A DNA stretch of 64,000 nucleotides from Candidatus Levyibacteriota bacterium (GTDB lineage: Bacteria; Patescibacteriota; Microgenomatia; Levybacterales; UBA12049): assembly GCA_016182185.1 (NCBI GenBank), contig JACOXU010000003.1, forward strand, positions 57,974-121,973, given 5' to 3'. The notes below the pieces were generated by a model. It saw nothing but the letters and a program-made list of their open reading frames with translations, did not search any database and was not told where the DNA came from. Positions within the stretch are counted from its first letter, which is position 1; every line of letters starts with the position of its first letter. Below are positions 27,225-36,864 of the stretch, one piece after another. The position numbers and the translations under genes were made by a program.

Positions 27225-27656
27225 TTACCTTGAGGCAGAGATATTTGGTGACCCTTCAGTACCGCAAGCTTTTACTGTAACAAGACCGGCAGCATTTACC
27301 ACAACAGAATATCCTGTTAAAGCAGCTGTGCCATTACTCGGATCTAATGGAATAGAATTGAGATAATTAGCAAGAGCACCGCTAAGATCTACACAGCCAT
27401 TAGTAGCTCCTACGTTGCAGCCACCTGTTGCAATAGCGCAATTAGCAGCTGTAGGTTCAGTACCGATCTGTTTTTCGACCATGCCGGCCGTAAGGCCAGA
27501 AGGAAGAGCACCAGCATTGTCTACGATTGAGGCATGAATGGCAGTCAAGATACTTTGAGTATCAGAAACTCTCTTGGCATCTCTTGTATCCTCGAGTCTT
27601 TGGGCAGGATTTAAGGCTACAAAGACCACGACTGCCAAAACTGCGATAATTGCCAT
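27225..27656 (-). CDS. type IV major pilin-like, lacking the FTLxE N-terminus (possible pseudogene or silent copy)
   Basis: MAIIAVLAVVVFVALNP..RD.KR.SD; YL..IP.DP; out-of-frame leader MKKILNKTKSLKG starts at 27697. Confidence 0.7.
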   Translation of the reverse strand: MAIIAVLAVVVFVALNPAQRLEDTRDAKRVSDTQSILTAIHASIVDNAGALPSGLTAGMVEKQIGTEPTAANCAIATGGCNVGATNGCVDLSGALANYLNSIPLDPSNGTAALTGYSVVVNAAGLVTVKACGTEGSPNISASR

Positions 27657-27700
27657 GAACCTTTGAGAGATTTTGTTTTGTTAAGAATTTTTTTCATATA

Positions 27701-28132
27701 TTATCTTGAAGCAGAAATTGTGGTTGCTCCTTCAGTACCGCAGGCTGTCACTGTCACAAGTCCTGCAGCACTGACCACTACGCTGTAACCTGTTTCTGCG
27801 GCTGTATAGGTGGTTCCTCCCGTTGGATCGATTGGAATAGTATTCAAGTAATTGGCAAGAGGAGTAGTTAGATCAACACATCCGGTTGGAGTTATCGAAC
27901 ACACGCCCACTGTTCCTCCGCAACCGGTTGCCGCTGTTCCGATTTGAGTCTGTGACATGCCTGCAGTAAGGCCAGAAGGAAGAGCACCAGCATTGTCTAC
28001 GATTGAGGCATGAATAGCGGTAAGAATTGTTTGGGTATCAGAAACTCTCTTGGCATCTCTTGTATCCTCGAGTCTTTGGGCAGGATTTAAGGCTACAAAG
28101 ACCACGACTGCCAAAACTGCGATAATTGCCAT
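27701..28132 (-). CDS. type IV major pilin-like paralog, lacking leader and FTLxE
   Basis: 5' ~170 nt nearly identical to the adjacent copy; TTGACA..TAATAT promoter directly upstream. Confidence 0.7.
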   Translation of the reverse strand: MAIIAVLAVVVFVALNPAQRLEDTRDAKRVSDTQTILTAIHASIVDNAGALPSGLTAGMSQTQIGTAATGCGGTVGVCSITPTGCVDLTTPLANYLNTIPIDPTGGTTYTAAETGYSVVVSAAGLVTVTACGTEGATTISASR

Positions 28133-28231
28133 GTATATCTATATTAGAATAAAAAAAAATCGTTTGTCAAGTACCAGTTTTAAAGCTAAAAAGTGAGATT
28201 TCGAAAAATTTTTATAAAATTTTATCTGCTT

Positions 28232-28600
28232 TTAATTAGTTTGCTGCCATGATGTCACAGTTACGGAATAATCCCGGTTTGCCAGAATAGTGAAGTATTT
28301 TCCATAAGTACTGCCGAAAGAATTTATATAAATAGTATAATTACCAGCCCCGTCTGAACTCCATAAAATATTGCAATCACCTTCAGGTAAATTTACTGCT
28401 ACAGGATTCGTATTTGATCTTAATCGAAGCAACAATTCCTCTGCACAGCTATCTTGCAGATTGAGCTTTTGCTCTGCTTTGGTCAAAGAAAGAGCCGTCT
28501 GTCCTTCCCCAATAGAAAGATAGGAAACCGTAACTGCGATTACAAAAACAACGGCTGTAATAATTATAATGCTTGATATTGCCAAATAACCCTTCTGCAT
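28232..28600 (-). CDS. minor pilin, PilX-like
   Basis: MQKG-YLAISS leader without E5; hydrophobic helix. Confidence 0.65.
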   Translation of the reverse strand: MQKGYLAISSIIIITAVVFVIAVTVSYLSIGEGQTALSLTKAEQKLNLQDSCAEELLLRLRSNTNPVAVNLPEGDCNILWSSDGAGNYTIYINSFGSTYGKYFTILANRDYSVTVTSWQQTN

Positions 28601-28601
28601 A

Positions 28602-29141
28602 TTAATTACTCCTTATCTCTGCATCACTGCTTATGCTTGTAGACGCATTATTCTGATTTCCTGACCCAAATTTTGAAGTGACTGTCAGGATAAACTGGAT
28701 ATTTTTTGTTTTGTAATCAGACGAAGAGTAATTGGTAAATTCAAGATTTGTATAGGTATTTCCTGAATTAAGCGGAACAAAGCTACCAGTTCCTTGCCTT
28801 ACCAAAACTTGTCCTCCTCCGCCTCCAATAATCCATGTAGGATTCGTGGCTGGATTTGAAGTATTAAGTATTATCATTGTTGGGAAGAAAGCGCTGACTC
28901 CCGTCGCATTTCTCACTTCGTATTTAAGTCTTTCTGCTATGTAACGCGCCTGAGAATTCACTTCCTGCTGTACTGCGCTTTTGCGGCTTGATAAAATCAT
29001 ATCCCAGGAAAAAGGTATTATTGTAACCAGCATCATTACAAATATTGACACATATAGAATAAGCTCTATAAAAGTGAAGCCTTTTTGATTATTTAATAAT
29101 TTATTACTGTTATTTTTCATTATTCTGTCAGATTCCTCCAA
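28602..29141 (-). CDS. minor pilin (prepilin cleavage motif)
   Basis: QKG-FTFIELILY. Confidence 0.8.
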   Translation of the reverse strand: MEESDRIMKNNSNKLLNNQKGFTFIELILYVSIFVMMLVTIIPFSWDMILSSRKSAVQQEVNSQARYIAERLKYEVRNATGVSAFFPTMIILNTSNPATNPTWIIGGGGGQVLVRQGTGSFVPLNSGNTYTNLEFTNYSSSDYKTKNIQFILTVTSKFGSGNQNNASTSISSDAEIRSN

Positions 29142-31081
29142 AATGCGAATGAAAACGGACTGCTTATTGTTTGTGATAACGATGATGTAATTCCGCCCGT
29201 ATCGGAATTAGTCCAAAATAAATAATCGGTTATTCCAATACGCAGGAACCATAATCTTTTTGCATATAATGAATTACTGCTGTCCGTAACGAAAAATAAA
29301 AATTGATTTTGAGTAATTGGATTCATTTGAATGTCGTACCATCTCTGACTGGTCGTGAAAAGCGGAGATGGCGCCCAGTCCGTTTGAAGCGTAAATGCGC
29401 CTCCGCTGCCTGCATACCAGCCGATGTTACCTGCTCCGCTGTCATGATAGGCAATCACATGTTTATTATAAGTTGTAAAGACCAGCCATCCCGTGGACAC
29501 CAATTTTGTCCCGGCCGAAGGTGCGGCGGTTGTAGTATCTGCAATCGCCGGTGAGTTCCAGACGGTTCCGTTCCAGTAAGCAAGTTGCAATCCCGGAGTA
29601 TTTGAGCCAACCGAACCAAGTATAATCTCATTTGAGGCAGCAGAGGGATTTGCCGAGATATCTAAATTTACCGCGTCGTTGGTAGTAAGCGTTATTATCG
29701 AACCCCATGAACACCCGGTATAAGTTGCTGCCCCACCGTTATTGGTACATATAGTATATTTTGTTCCGTTTGAAGCATTTCTTCCATGCCCTGTTGCGTA
29801 TCCCCACATTACCATAACATTACCTGACTGACTCATATACTCAACATCAAAATTATCCACATCCTGTACAGTACTTATATTCTCCAGTGAATTTTCCAGA
29901 GTGCTTCCCTGAACCCAGGAATTGCCTGTAGGATCCCAGACGGCATTTGACAGGCCGGATCCGTCATCGGCATAAATTGCCGTTATTAAATTGGAGCCTA
30001 TCCTTCTGTCCCATGCCATTTTCACCCATTGAATTATTCCTTTGGGCTGAGTAGGATTATAATTCACCTGCACTGACCAGTTTGCGCCTCCGCAGCCTAC
30101 TGATCCTGATTTAGTTCTATATGCCAGTTCATTTGTTGGTTTGTTGTTTGTGCTGTAAAGCACTACAATCTTACCAGAATTTGTTTCATAGGCAATATCA
30201 AATCTTCCTGTCTCCCCCGTTCCGCCTACAACTGCAGACCAATCCTGTGTCCACTCGTATCCGTCAAAACACATTATATATAGTATGCCTGAAGAATCGA
30301 CATATCCTGCAACAGCTTCTGATCCAGTCGGAGAAGTTCTGACAAGAAAAGTCCGGGTTTGTGTTCCTGTTGGAATAGGTGTAGGCATAGAGACCTGTTT
30401 TGAAAATTTAGTATTTAAAGCAGTCTCAAATATTCTATGTTTAACCACATCGGTTCCGTCTCCATACATTAAAAGACCTCCTTCCGTAATAATCGGTTTT
30501 TTGAAACTAGTAAGATAATTTATAAGAACAACAGAATTTTGCCGCGCCGCACTAAAATTCCAAGTGACCGTTGAAGTGATCTTCTTTGTATTTTTATCAA
30601 GCGCACCTCCACTTGTAACTATATTTCCTCCTGATCGATAGACATCTTCAACTTTGATAACTCTTTTATATTTGTTATTGGATCCAAAATAATTCTCGGT
30701 TCCGTAAAATTCCCAAACATTTCCTGCTGAACGCCTCACTCCGGTACCACTTGAGCTTACTAAATACTTATAATTTTGATTTCTAACGGATCTTGCTGCT
30801 TCAAGCCCTTCGCTGGCAAATTGAGTAGCCACAGCCTGCTCTCCCCCAAGTCTATTTGAAGAAAGAGCCTGAAGAACTATGCTGATTGCACCTGATGAAA
30901 AAATTACAAATAAAGTCGCAGCCAGAATCAATTCAATTACGGAAAACCCAGTATCAAAATTTCTAATTGACTTAATTCCTAATTGATCTAAAAAAATTCC
31001 AAATCTAAATTTTCTATATTTGCCTCTTGGTGCTTTATTAGAAATTAGATTAATTAGAGTACTTAGAAATTGTTTTCTCAT
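29120..31081 (-). CDS. large pilin-like adhesin
   Basis: TG-FSVIELILA followed by a long beta-rich G/S/T/W domain. Confidence 0.75.
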   Translation of the reverse strand: MRKQFLSTLINLISNKAPRGKYRKFRFGIFLDQLGIKSIRNFDTGFSVIELILAATLFVIFSSGAISIVLQALSSNRLGGEQAVATQFASEGLEAARSVRNQNYKYLVSSSGTGVRRSAGNVWEFYGTENYFGSNNKYKRVIKVEDVYRSGGNIVTSGGALDKNTKKITSTVTWNFSAARQNSVVLINYLTSFKKPIITEGGLLMYGDGTDVVKHRIFETALNTKFSKQVSMPTPIPTGTQTRTFLVRTSPTGSEAVAGYVDSSGILYIMCFDGYEWTQDWSAVVGGTGETGRFDIAYETNSGKIVVLYSTNNKPTNELAYRTKSGSVGCGGANWSVQVNYNPTQPKGIIQWVKMAWDRRIGSNLITAIYADDGSGLSNAVWDPTGNSWVQGSTLENSLENISTVQDVDNFDVEYMSQSGNVMVMWGYATGHGRNASNGTKYTICTNNGGAATYTGCSWGSIITLTTNDAVNLDISANPSAASNEIILGSVGSNTPGLQLAYWNGTVWNSPAIADTTTAAPSAGTKLVSTGWLVFTTYNKHVIAYHDSGAGNIGWYAGSGGAFTLQTDWAPSPLFTTSQRWYDIQMNPITQNQFLFFVTDSSNSLYAKRLWFLRIGITDYLFWTNSDTGGITSSLSQTISSPFSFAFWRNLTE

Positions 31082-31572
31082 CTGCTTGCCACCCCCTGAC
31101 TATTTACAGTTATCGTCTTTGTTTCTGAATTTCCCTGAATTGAAATACTGCCGGAAGAAGGATCTGGCAAGCCTGTCATTCTTGCAAATAAAATATCTGT
31201 CGTCCCTGTTATGGAAATATTCGGATTTACAGTGAATTTTTCATCTAAAGCCTGATTCCTAAGAGCAAAAGAGGTTCCGCTGAAAAGTGTGATCGTACCT
31301 GTTGCGTAATGTACACCCCAATTATTTGAATTTTTACTCATCATAGCGTACATCTGGGCTTTTCTTAACGATCCGATATATTGATCCTGAACGTCTGAAA
31401 CCGTATTCTGAATCAGGAAATTGGTGTAAAAATTTGCCGAGAAAGTTCCGATCAGAAGAAAAATTGCTGTTGTTAATATCAATTCGATTAAAGTGAACCC
31501 CAATCGGGATTTAGGACCTGCCTTGCCGACAGGCAGGTTTATGATATACGATTTATGATTTTCTTTATCCAT
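31078..31572 (-). CDS. minor pilin, FimT/GspH-like
   Basis: LG-FTLIELIL, LRKAQ.YA, ITVNSQG. Confidence 0.8.
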   Translation of the reverse strand: MDKENHKSYIINLPVGKAGPKSRLGFTLIELILTTAIFLLIGTFSANFYTNFLIQNTVSDVQDQYIGSLRKAQMYAMMSKNSNNWGVHYATGTITLFSGTSFALRNQALDEKFTVNPNISITGTTDILFARMTGLPDPSSGSISIQGNSETKTITVNSQGVASR

Positions 31573-31605
31573 TCCATCTTAATTCTTAAATCTTAATTCT
31601 TATTT

Positions 31606-32697
31606 CTATCTTTTTATCCCGCCTGTAAATTGGTAAATCGGAGAAATAATAGACATCGCGATGAATGCGACAATAAGCCCAACCAGAATAAGAATTACCG
31701 GCTCTATAACAGTTGCGAAATTTTTGGCAGCAGAATCAACTTCGTCTTCAAAATAGTCACCCAAATAAAGTAGCGATTCATCAAGTTTGCCGGTTTTCTC
31801 CCCAACCCCGATCATTCTGGCCGCAATAAGAGGAATATACTTAAATTTGGCGGAGCTGAAGATTTCCTCGATTGATTTTCCCCTTTCAACCTCATGCGTT
31901 AAGGTTTTGAAGTATTTTTTGTAGACAGTATTTAAGGTAGCATCCGCTTGAGTGGATAAAGCAGTGACAATCGGAAGACCGCTTGAAAGCATGATTCCAA
32001 GATTGCGGCAAAACGAAGCAAGTTCTACGTTTTGAATAAAGGGGCCATAAATAGGAAAAGTAAGCACCACTTTCTGCCAGCGAGACTTAACAACCGGCAG
32101 ACTGATTACGGTTCGAACAAGTAGCGCAATTGCAATAAGTCCGGCAAAGATTACAAAACCGTATCCTTTCATTGCAGTTCCTATGAAAATCAGAACCTTT
32201 GTTGTAAACGGCAATTCAACATCCAAAGAGGTAAGAAGATCAACAAGTTTTGGCAAAACAAAGATACTTATTCCTGACCCTGCCAAAATTGCCGTTGAAA
32301 GTATTATAGCAGGATAAAACAGTGCCCCCTGAACCTTTTTCTTAAATTCCTGATTTTTTTTAATCTGAAGCGCTAAATAATCTAAATTTTTTTCAAGATT
32401 TCCTGATTCTTCTCCAATTGTAATAAGACTTAAATAAAACGAGTTAAAAACACGCGGGAATTCGCCGAGCGCTTTTGAAAGAGTACGTCCAGAAACAACT
32501 GTTTTTTTGATTGTGTGAACAATTCTTTTGAATAACCGGTTTTGTGTCTGACCTTCGACAATACTTATTGCCTCAGCAAGTGATATTCCGCTTTTAAGCA
32601 TTATGGATAAGTGACGCGTAAAAAGAAGAATATCTATGTCCCCTACCTTCTCAAAAAGGTTAAAATTAGGTGTTTGAATGGGCAGTTTTGTCTTCAT
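31606..32697 (-). CDS. pilC: type IV pilus platform protein PilC/GspF
   Basis: FTRHLSIMLKSG, GEESGNL, YP, GEKTGKLD, EP. Confidence 0.92.
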   Translation of the reverse strand: MKTKLPIQTPNFNLFEKVGDIDILLFTRHLSIMLKSGISLAEAISIVEGQTQNRLFKRIVHTIKKTVVSGRTLSKALGEFPRVFNSFYLSLITIGEESGNLEKNLDYLALQIKKNQEFKKKVQGALFYPAIILSTAILAGSGISIFVLPKLVDLLTSLDVELPFTTKVLIFIGTAMKGYGFVIFAGLIAIALLVRTVISLPVVKSRWQKVVLTFPIYGPFIQNVELASFCRNLGIMLSSGLPIVTALSTQADATLNTVYKKYFKTLTHEVERGKSIEEIFSSAKFKYIPLIAARMIGVGEKTGKLDESLLYLGDYFEDEVDSAAKNFATVIEPVILILVGLIVAFIAMSIISPIYQFTGGIKR

Positions 32698-34373
32698 TCT
32701 TTTGTTACCCGAAGGACTTCCTCAAGAGTTGTTTCTCCTCCCTTGACTTTTTCGAGTCCGTCTTCAAGCATGGTCGTCATACCCTCCCCAATTGCCTGTT
32801 TGTTTATGACAGGAGCATCTGTCTTTTTTACAACCAGATCCTCTATGGATTCAGACATTTCTAGAATTTCAAAAATTCCTACTCTTCCAGTATAACCCGT
32901 ATTATGACAAACATTACAGCCCTTGCCTTTATAAAGAGTAAGTGTCTGACGAGCTCCGAATATTTTCTTAATCATTGATTTGTCAAAATGTTTTAATATC
33001 TCAGAAGTTTTTTCTATATAAGAAACCTTACATGTTAGGCAAATCTTACGAACCAATCTTTGGGCAATAATTATATTTATGGTTGAAGCGACCAAAAAGG
33101 GTTCAATTTTCATATCGATTAATCTTGGGATCGCAGTTGCGGCATCATTCGTATGAAGAGTGGAAAGAACTATGTGGCCTGTCATGGCACTATTTACTGC
33201 AATATCGGCAGTCTCATCATCCCGAATTTCACCCACATAAATAACATTGGGATCCTGTCTTAGAATGGATCTTAATCCTTCGGCAAAGGTCAAATTAGTC
33301 TTGGGATTAACCTGAATTTGATTTAAGCCTTCAATATCGTATTCGACCGGGTCTTCGATTGTAGCGATATTGCGGTCTCTTGTATTTAAAATTTTAAGAA
33401 TTGCGTACATTGTTGTGGTCTTTCCTGAACCTGTCGGACCGGTCGATAAGATCATCCCGAATGGCTTTTGGATTGCATCTGAGACTTTATCAAAATCACT
33501 TTTATTCATTCCAAGATCTGAGAGTCCGAATTGCCGATAATGTGATGATAAAAGTCTCATTACGCAATTTTCTCCGTGTGTGATGGGAACAATTGAAACA
33601 CGAATATCAAGATCTTCAGCGGCGAGATTTGCTTGCATTTTCCCGTCTTGTGCGCTTAAGTGTTCATCTGTTTGAAGCTTGGATAAAACCTTAATGCGAG
33701 ATATTACCTGCTTGTGAATTTCCAAAGAAAATGATAAAACCTCGTGCATTATCCCATCGATTCGGAAACGAACTACAGATCTGTTTCTTTCAGGCTCAAT
33801 ATGAATGTCAGAGGCTGTATTGGCGTAAGCATATTCAATCAGAAGATCAACTATTTTAATAATAGGCGCCTCGTGGGGCTTTCCTTCTCCGAGCTTGGAC
33901 ATTTGTTCTTCCAAAAGCTTATTGAAGGTTTTCTGTAAATCTTTTTTATAAATATTAAAGGATTTTTCAATGTCTCTGATTGTCGCAAAATATGGAATGA
34001 CTTCCTTACCGGTTTTTTTGCTGACAAGAACTAAGACATCTTTATCTTTTGGATTATTCGTGGCTACTTTGACTGAACTTTCTTTCTCTTCAAAAACTAT
34101 CACCTTGTGATTTCGAGCAAATTCCTCAGGCAGCATAAGCTTGGCGGTTTCGGGAAAGGAAATGGAAGAAAGCGAAACAAATGGGGCATTGAGAAGTTCC
34201 GCAATACTTTTTCCGACATCCTCATCGGAGATCAAGTCTTTTTGTATTAATAACTCATCAAGAAGCGCACCGGTAACCTTTGTTTCTTCAAATACTTCAT
34301 CGAGTTTTTTCTGCGGAATTATTTTTAATTCCCTTAAGAAATCGTACAGGTCTTGATTCTCATAGGAAGCCAT
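32694..34373 (-). CDS. pilB: type IV pilus assembly ATPase PilB/GspE (start 34373 preferred)
   Basis: ASDIHIEP, RFRIDG, GPTGSGKTT, TIEDPVE, LRQDP, GEIRD, STLHTN, Cys4 zinc motif. Confidence 0.93.
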   Translation of the reverse strand: MASYENQDLYDFLRELKIIPQKKLDEVFEETKVTGALLDELLIQKDLISDEDVGKSIAELLNAPFVSLSSISFPETAKLMLPEEFARNHKVIVFEEKESSVKVATNNPKDKDVLVLVSKKTGKEVIPYFATIRDIEKSFNIYKKDLQKTFNKLLEEQMSKLGEGKPHEAPIIKIVDLLIEYAYANTASDIHIEPERNRSVVRFRIDGIMHEVLSFSLEIHKQVISRIKVLSKLQTDEHLSAQDGKMQANLAAEDLDIRVSIVPITHGENCVMRLLSSHYRQFGLSDLGMNKSDFDKVSDAIQKPFGMILSTGPTGSGKTTTMYAILKILNTRDRNIATIEDPVEYDIEGLNQIQVNPKTNLTFAEGLRSILRQDPNVIYVGEIRDDETADIAVNSAMTGHIVLSTLHTNDAATAIPRLIDMKIEPFLVASTINIIIAQRLVRKICLTCKVSYIEKTSEILKHFDKSMIKKIFGARQTLTLYKGKGCNVCHNTGYTGRVGIFEILEMSESIEDLVVKKTDAPVINKQAIGEGMTTMLEDGLEKVKGGETTLEEVLRVTKE

Positions 34374-34413
34374 ATGATTAGCGTAGCATAAGAAGTTTTG
34401 GGATACAACATTT

Positions 34414-34791
34414 CTATTTGGAGACAAATTTAGTAATTTTAGTGACCAAATCTCCCAATGATAAATTCGTTTTTATTATATAATCTGTTGCTCCAAGTCT
34501 TGTTGCTTTATCTATATCTTCCTTTTGCCCAAGGTTTGATGCGACAATTACAGGAATTCTTTTAGTCAGGGGGTTGGCTCTCACTTCTTCAAGAACAGTA
34601 AATCCGTCTTTAACAGGCATCACTAAATCAAGAATAATAACATCCGGTACATTTGTCTTCAGCTGCTCGATTGCCTGTTGACCATCCTCGGCGACTATAG
34701 CTGTGAAGCCTGCTTTTTCGAGTTTTACTCTAATTGCATTACGAAGATATTTATCATCTTCAGCAATTAATATTTTTTTACCAGTACTCAT
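34414..34791 (-). CDS. single-domain response regulator
   Basis: AEDD, LDLVMP, ASN, IIK. Confidence 0.9.
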   Translation of the reverse strand: MSTGKKILIAEDDKYLRNAIRVKLEKAGFTAIVAEDGQQAIEQLKTNVPDVIILDLVMPVKDGFTVLEEVRANPLTKRIPVIVASNLGQKEDIDKATRLGATDYIIKTNLSLGDLVTKITKFVSK

Positions 34792-35177
34792 GCCAGTCTT
34801 TTGTGCTGTTTAATTAATGAAACAAGGTCTTCAAGCTTCCAGTCAGATTTGACCAAAAATGCGCGGACCGTATTTTCCTCTATCTTTGTATCTTTTTCTG
34901 CTCCGCTCAAATTAGAAAGGACAATAACTTCGGCATTTCTCCCCCATGAATCACGTCTTAGTTCTTCAAGAACAGTCATTCCATCCATTACCGGTAAAAT
35001 AATATCCAAAAGAATCAGATCCGGGTGGTTACTTAATGCTTTATCCAATCCTTCCTTCCCATCATAAGCAGATATGACAGAAAAGCCTTCTTTTTCAAGT
35101 TTTGTAACCATTGCACTGTGCAAGGCTTGATCATCTTCGATGATAAGAATTTTAAGAGTATTTACGTTTTCCATCAT
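34788..35177 (-). CDS. single-domain response regulator
   Basis: IEDD, LDIILP, LSN, LVK. Confidence 0.9.
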   Translation of the reverse strand: MMENVNTLKILIIEDDQALHSAMVTKLEKEGFSVISAYDGKEGLDKALSNHPDLILLDIILPVMDGMTVLEELRRDSWGRNAEVIVLSNLSGAEKDTKIEENTVRAFLVKSDWKLEDLVSLIKQHKRLA

Positions 35178-35220
35178 TATTAAAACTATCTAAGATTATA
35201 CATCTTTTTAAATAAAATAT

Positions 35221-36339
35221 TTAAGTAAGGGTGGTATCTCCTGCCTTTGCCTGGCTTCCGGTTTTGGGCAAGCTAAAGTAAAAAGATGTGCCTTTCCCCA
35301 CTACGGAATTAAACCAAATTTCCCCGCCTGAGCTTTCAATTATCGCTTTCGTCAGATGAAGGCCTAAGCCATTTCCGTCCGGAACTGATTTTATGGCATT
35401 ATCAGCTCTGAAGAATTTTTGAAAAATTTTTCCCTGACTTTCCTGCGGAATTCCCATGCCCGTGTCGCTTATCTGGGAAATTATGTTTTTTTGATCTTCA
35501 CTAACTATAACTTTTACCTCCCCGCCTGCAGGTGTGTACTTAATTGCGTTTGTAATCAAGTGGGAATAAACTTCATAAATTAACTTAGGGTCTATATTTA
35601 TTTTAGATAGTGTTTTATCAACATTAAAGATTAAATTAATTTTCCGCTCTTGCGCCTTAATTTTTTGCGCCAAAATTATATTCCCGATTAAGTCCGAGAG
35701 ATCGGTTGGTTTAGGATCAATTATTAATCTTCCTGATTCAATACGCGAGACATTAAGAAGTGAATTAACCAGTTCAATCATCCGTTCTGCTGAATCGCTA
35801 ATATTTTGCGTAAATTCTTTCTGCTCTTTATTCAGCTCTCCGGCATCTCCTGAGAGAAGCATTTCCGAGAACCAGCGAAGTGCAGCCAGCGGGGTTCTCA
35901 ACTGATGGGAAGCAAGGGATATAAAATCAGTTTTTTTTCTGTCCACTTCTTTTGTATGCAAAACGTCTTCATAAATTTCAAAGATAAATTCTGGCTGATT
36001 TTGTGAATTCTTGATAGGGATGGCGGTGACTTGGAAAAGATTATTCTTATTATCTCTTCTTATATAAATATCGTCTTTTACAGTTTTTTCGTTGTTTTTT
36101 ATTGCAACAACCGCAGGCAATTGATCGTAAGGATAAACTCCCCCGTTAATATTAAGAAGCTGAGCGGATTGATTGGGACCTTCGGTCTTGATGAATGGAT
36201 TTCCTAAAAGCTCAATCCCTAATTTATTAATCATTACGATTTCACCCGTAGGAACTTTTGATATCTTTGCAGCAAAAGGAATTGAATCTATCGCGATTTG
36301 AAGCAGTTTTTTATATTCGTCTGAAAATAAAGGAGTCAT
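35221..36339 (-). CDS. cytoplasmic PAS histidine kinase
   Basis: PAS-like N-terminus, ASHQLRTPL, NAIKYT, DTGMGI, GNGLGL. Confidence 0.9.
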   Translation of the reverse strand: MTPLFSDEYKKLLQIAIDSIPFAAKISKVPTGEIVMINKLGIELLGNPFIKTEGPNQSAQLLNINGGVYPYDQLPAVVAIKNNEKTVKDDIYIRRDNKNNLFQVTAIPIKNSQNQPEFIFEIYEDVLHTKEVDRKKTDFISLASHQLRTPLAALRWFSEMLLSGDAGELNKEQKEFTQNISDSAERMIELVNSLLNVSRIESGRLIIDPKPTDLSDLIGNIILAQKIKAQERKINLIFNVDKTLSKINIDPKLIYEVYSHLITNAIKYTPAGGEVKVIVSEDQKNIISQISDTGMGIPQESQGKIFQKFFRADNAIKSVPDGNGLGLHLTKAIIESSGGEIWFNSVVGKGTSFYFSLPKTGSQAKAGDTTLT

Positions 36340-36425
36340 GGATTATATTTTATTGTAACAAAAAAAATAATTGATTCACAATAAAATAATTCTTGTGAAA
36401 ATGATTCTTCGATAAGTAATTCAAG

Positions 36426-36842
36426 TTAATCTTCTTCAAGAACTTTCACTGCGGCTTTTGCGCATTCAACATCTTGCGAAACGTCCATTGATCCTCCCAC
36501 TCCGACGCCTCCAACAATTCTACCCGATTTTTTGACAGGTAATCCTCCTGCAATTACCATGAGTTCGCCACCGAATGCGCTTGTTGTTCCGAAATAAGGC
36601 TGTCCTTCACCAGAATACTGAGCCAGATCACCTGAGGCAGCTCCCAAAACAGCCGACGTATAAGCCTTGGCATAGGAAAATTTCGGACTGATCGGTATAG
36701 CATTTTCCATACGGTTTACACATATTAAGGTACCATGTTCGTCTACGATGGTCACAGTAACTGCGATACCAAGTTCGGTAGCTGTTTTGACTGCTTTCTC
36801 AGCAGCTTTTATGGCTTTTTCCAAGGTTATCAATTTAATCAC
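36426..36842 (-). CDS. GlcG/HbpS (DUF336) heme-binding protein
   Basis: IVDEHG, KAYTS, GGLPV...GGVGVGG...DVECA. Confidence 0.85.
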   Translation of the reverse strand: MIKLITLEKAIKAAEKAVKTATELGIAVTVTIVDEHGTLICVNRMENAIPISPKFSYAKAYTSAVLGAASGDLAQYSGEGQPYFGTTSAFGGELMVIAGGLPVKKSGRIVGGVGVGGSMDVSQDVECAKAAVKVLEED

Positions 36843-36864
36843 CTCCTTCCTTTAGAATAAAAAT

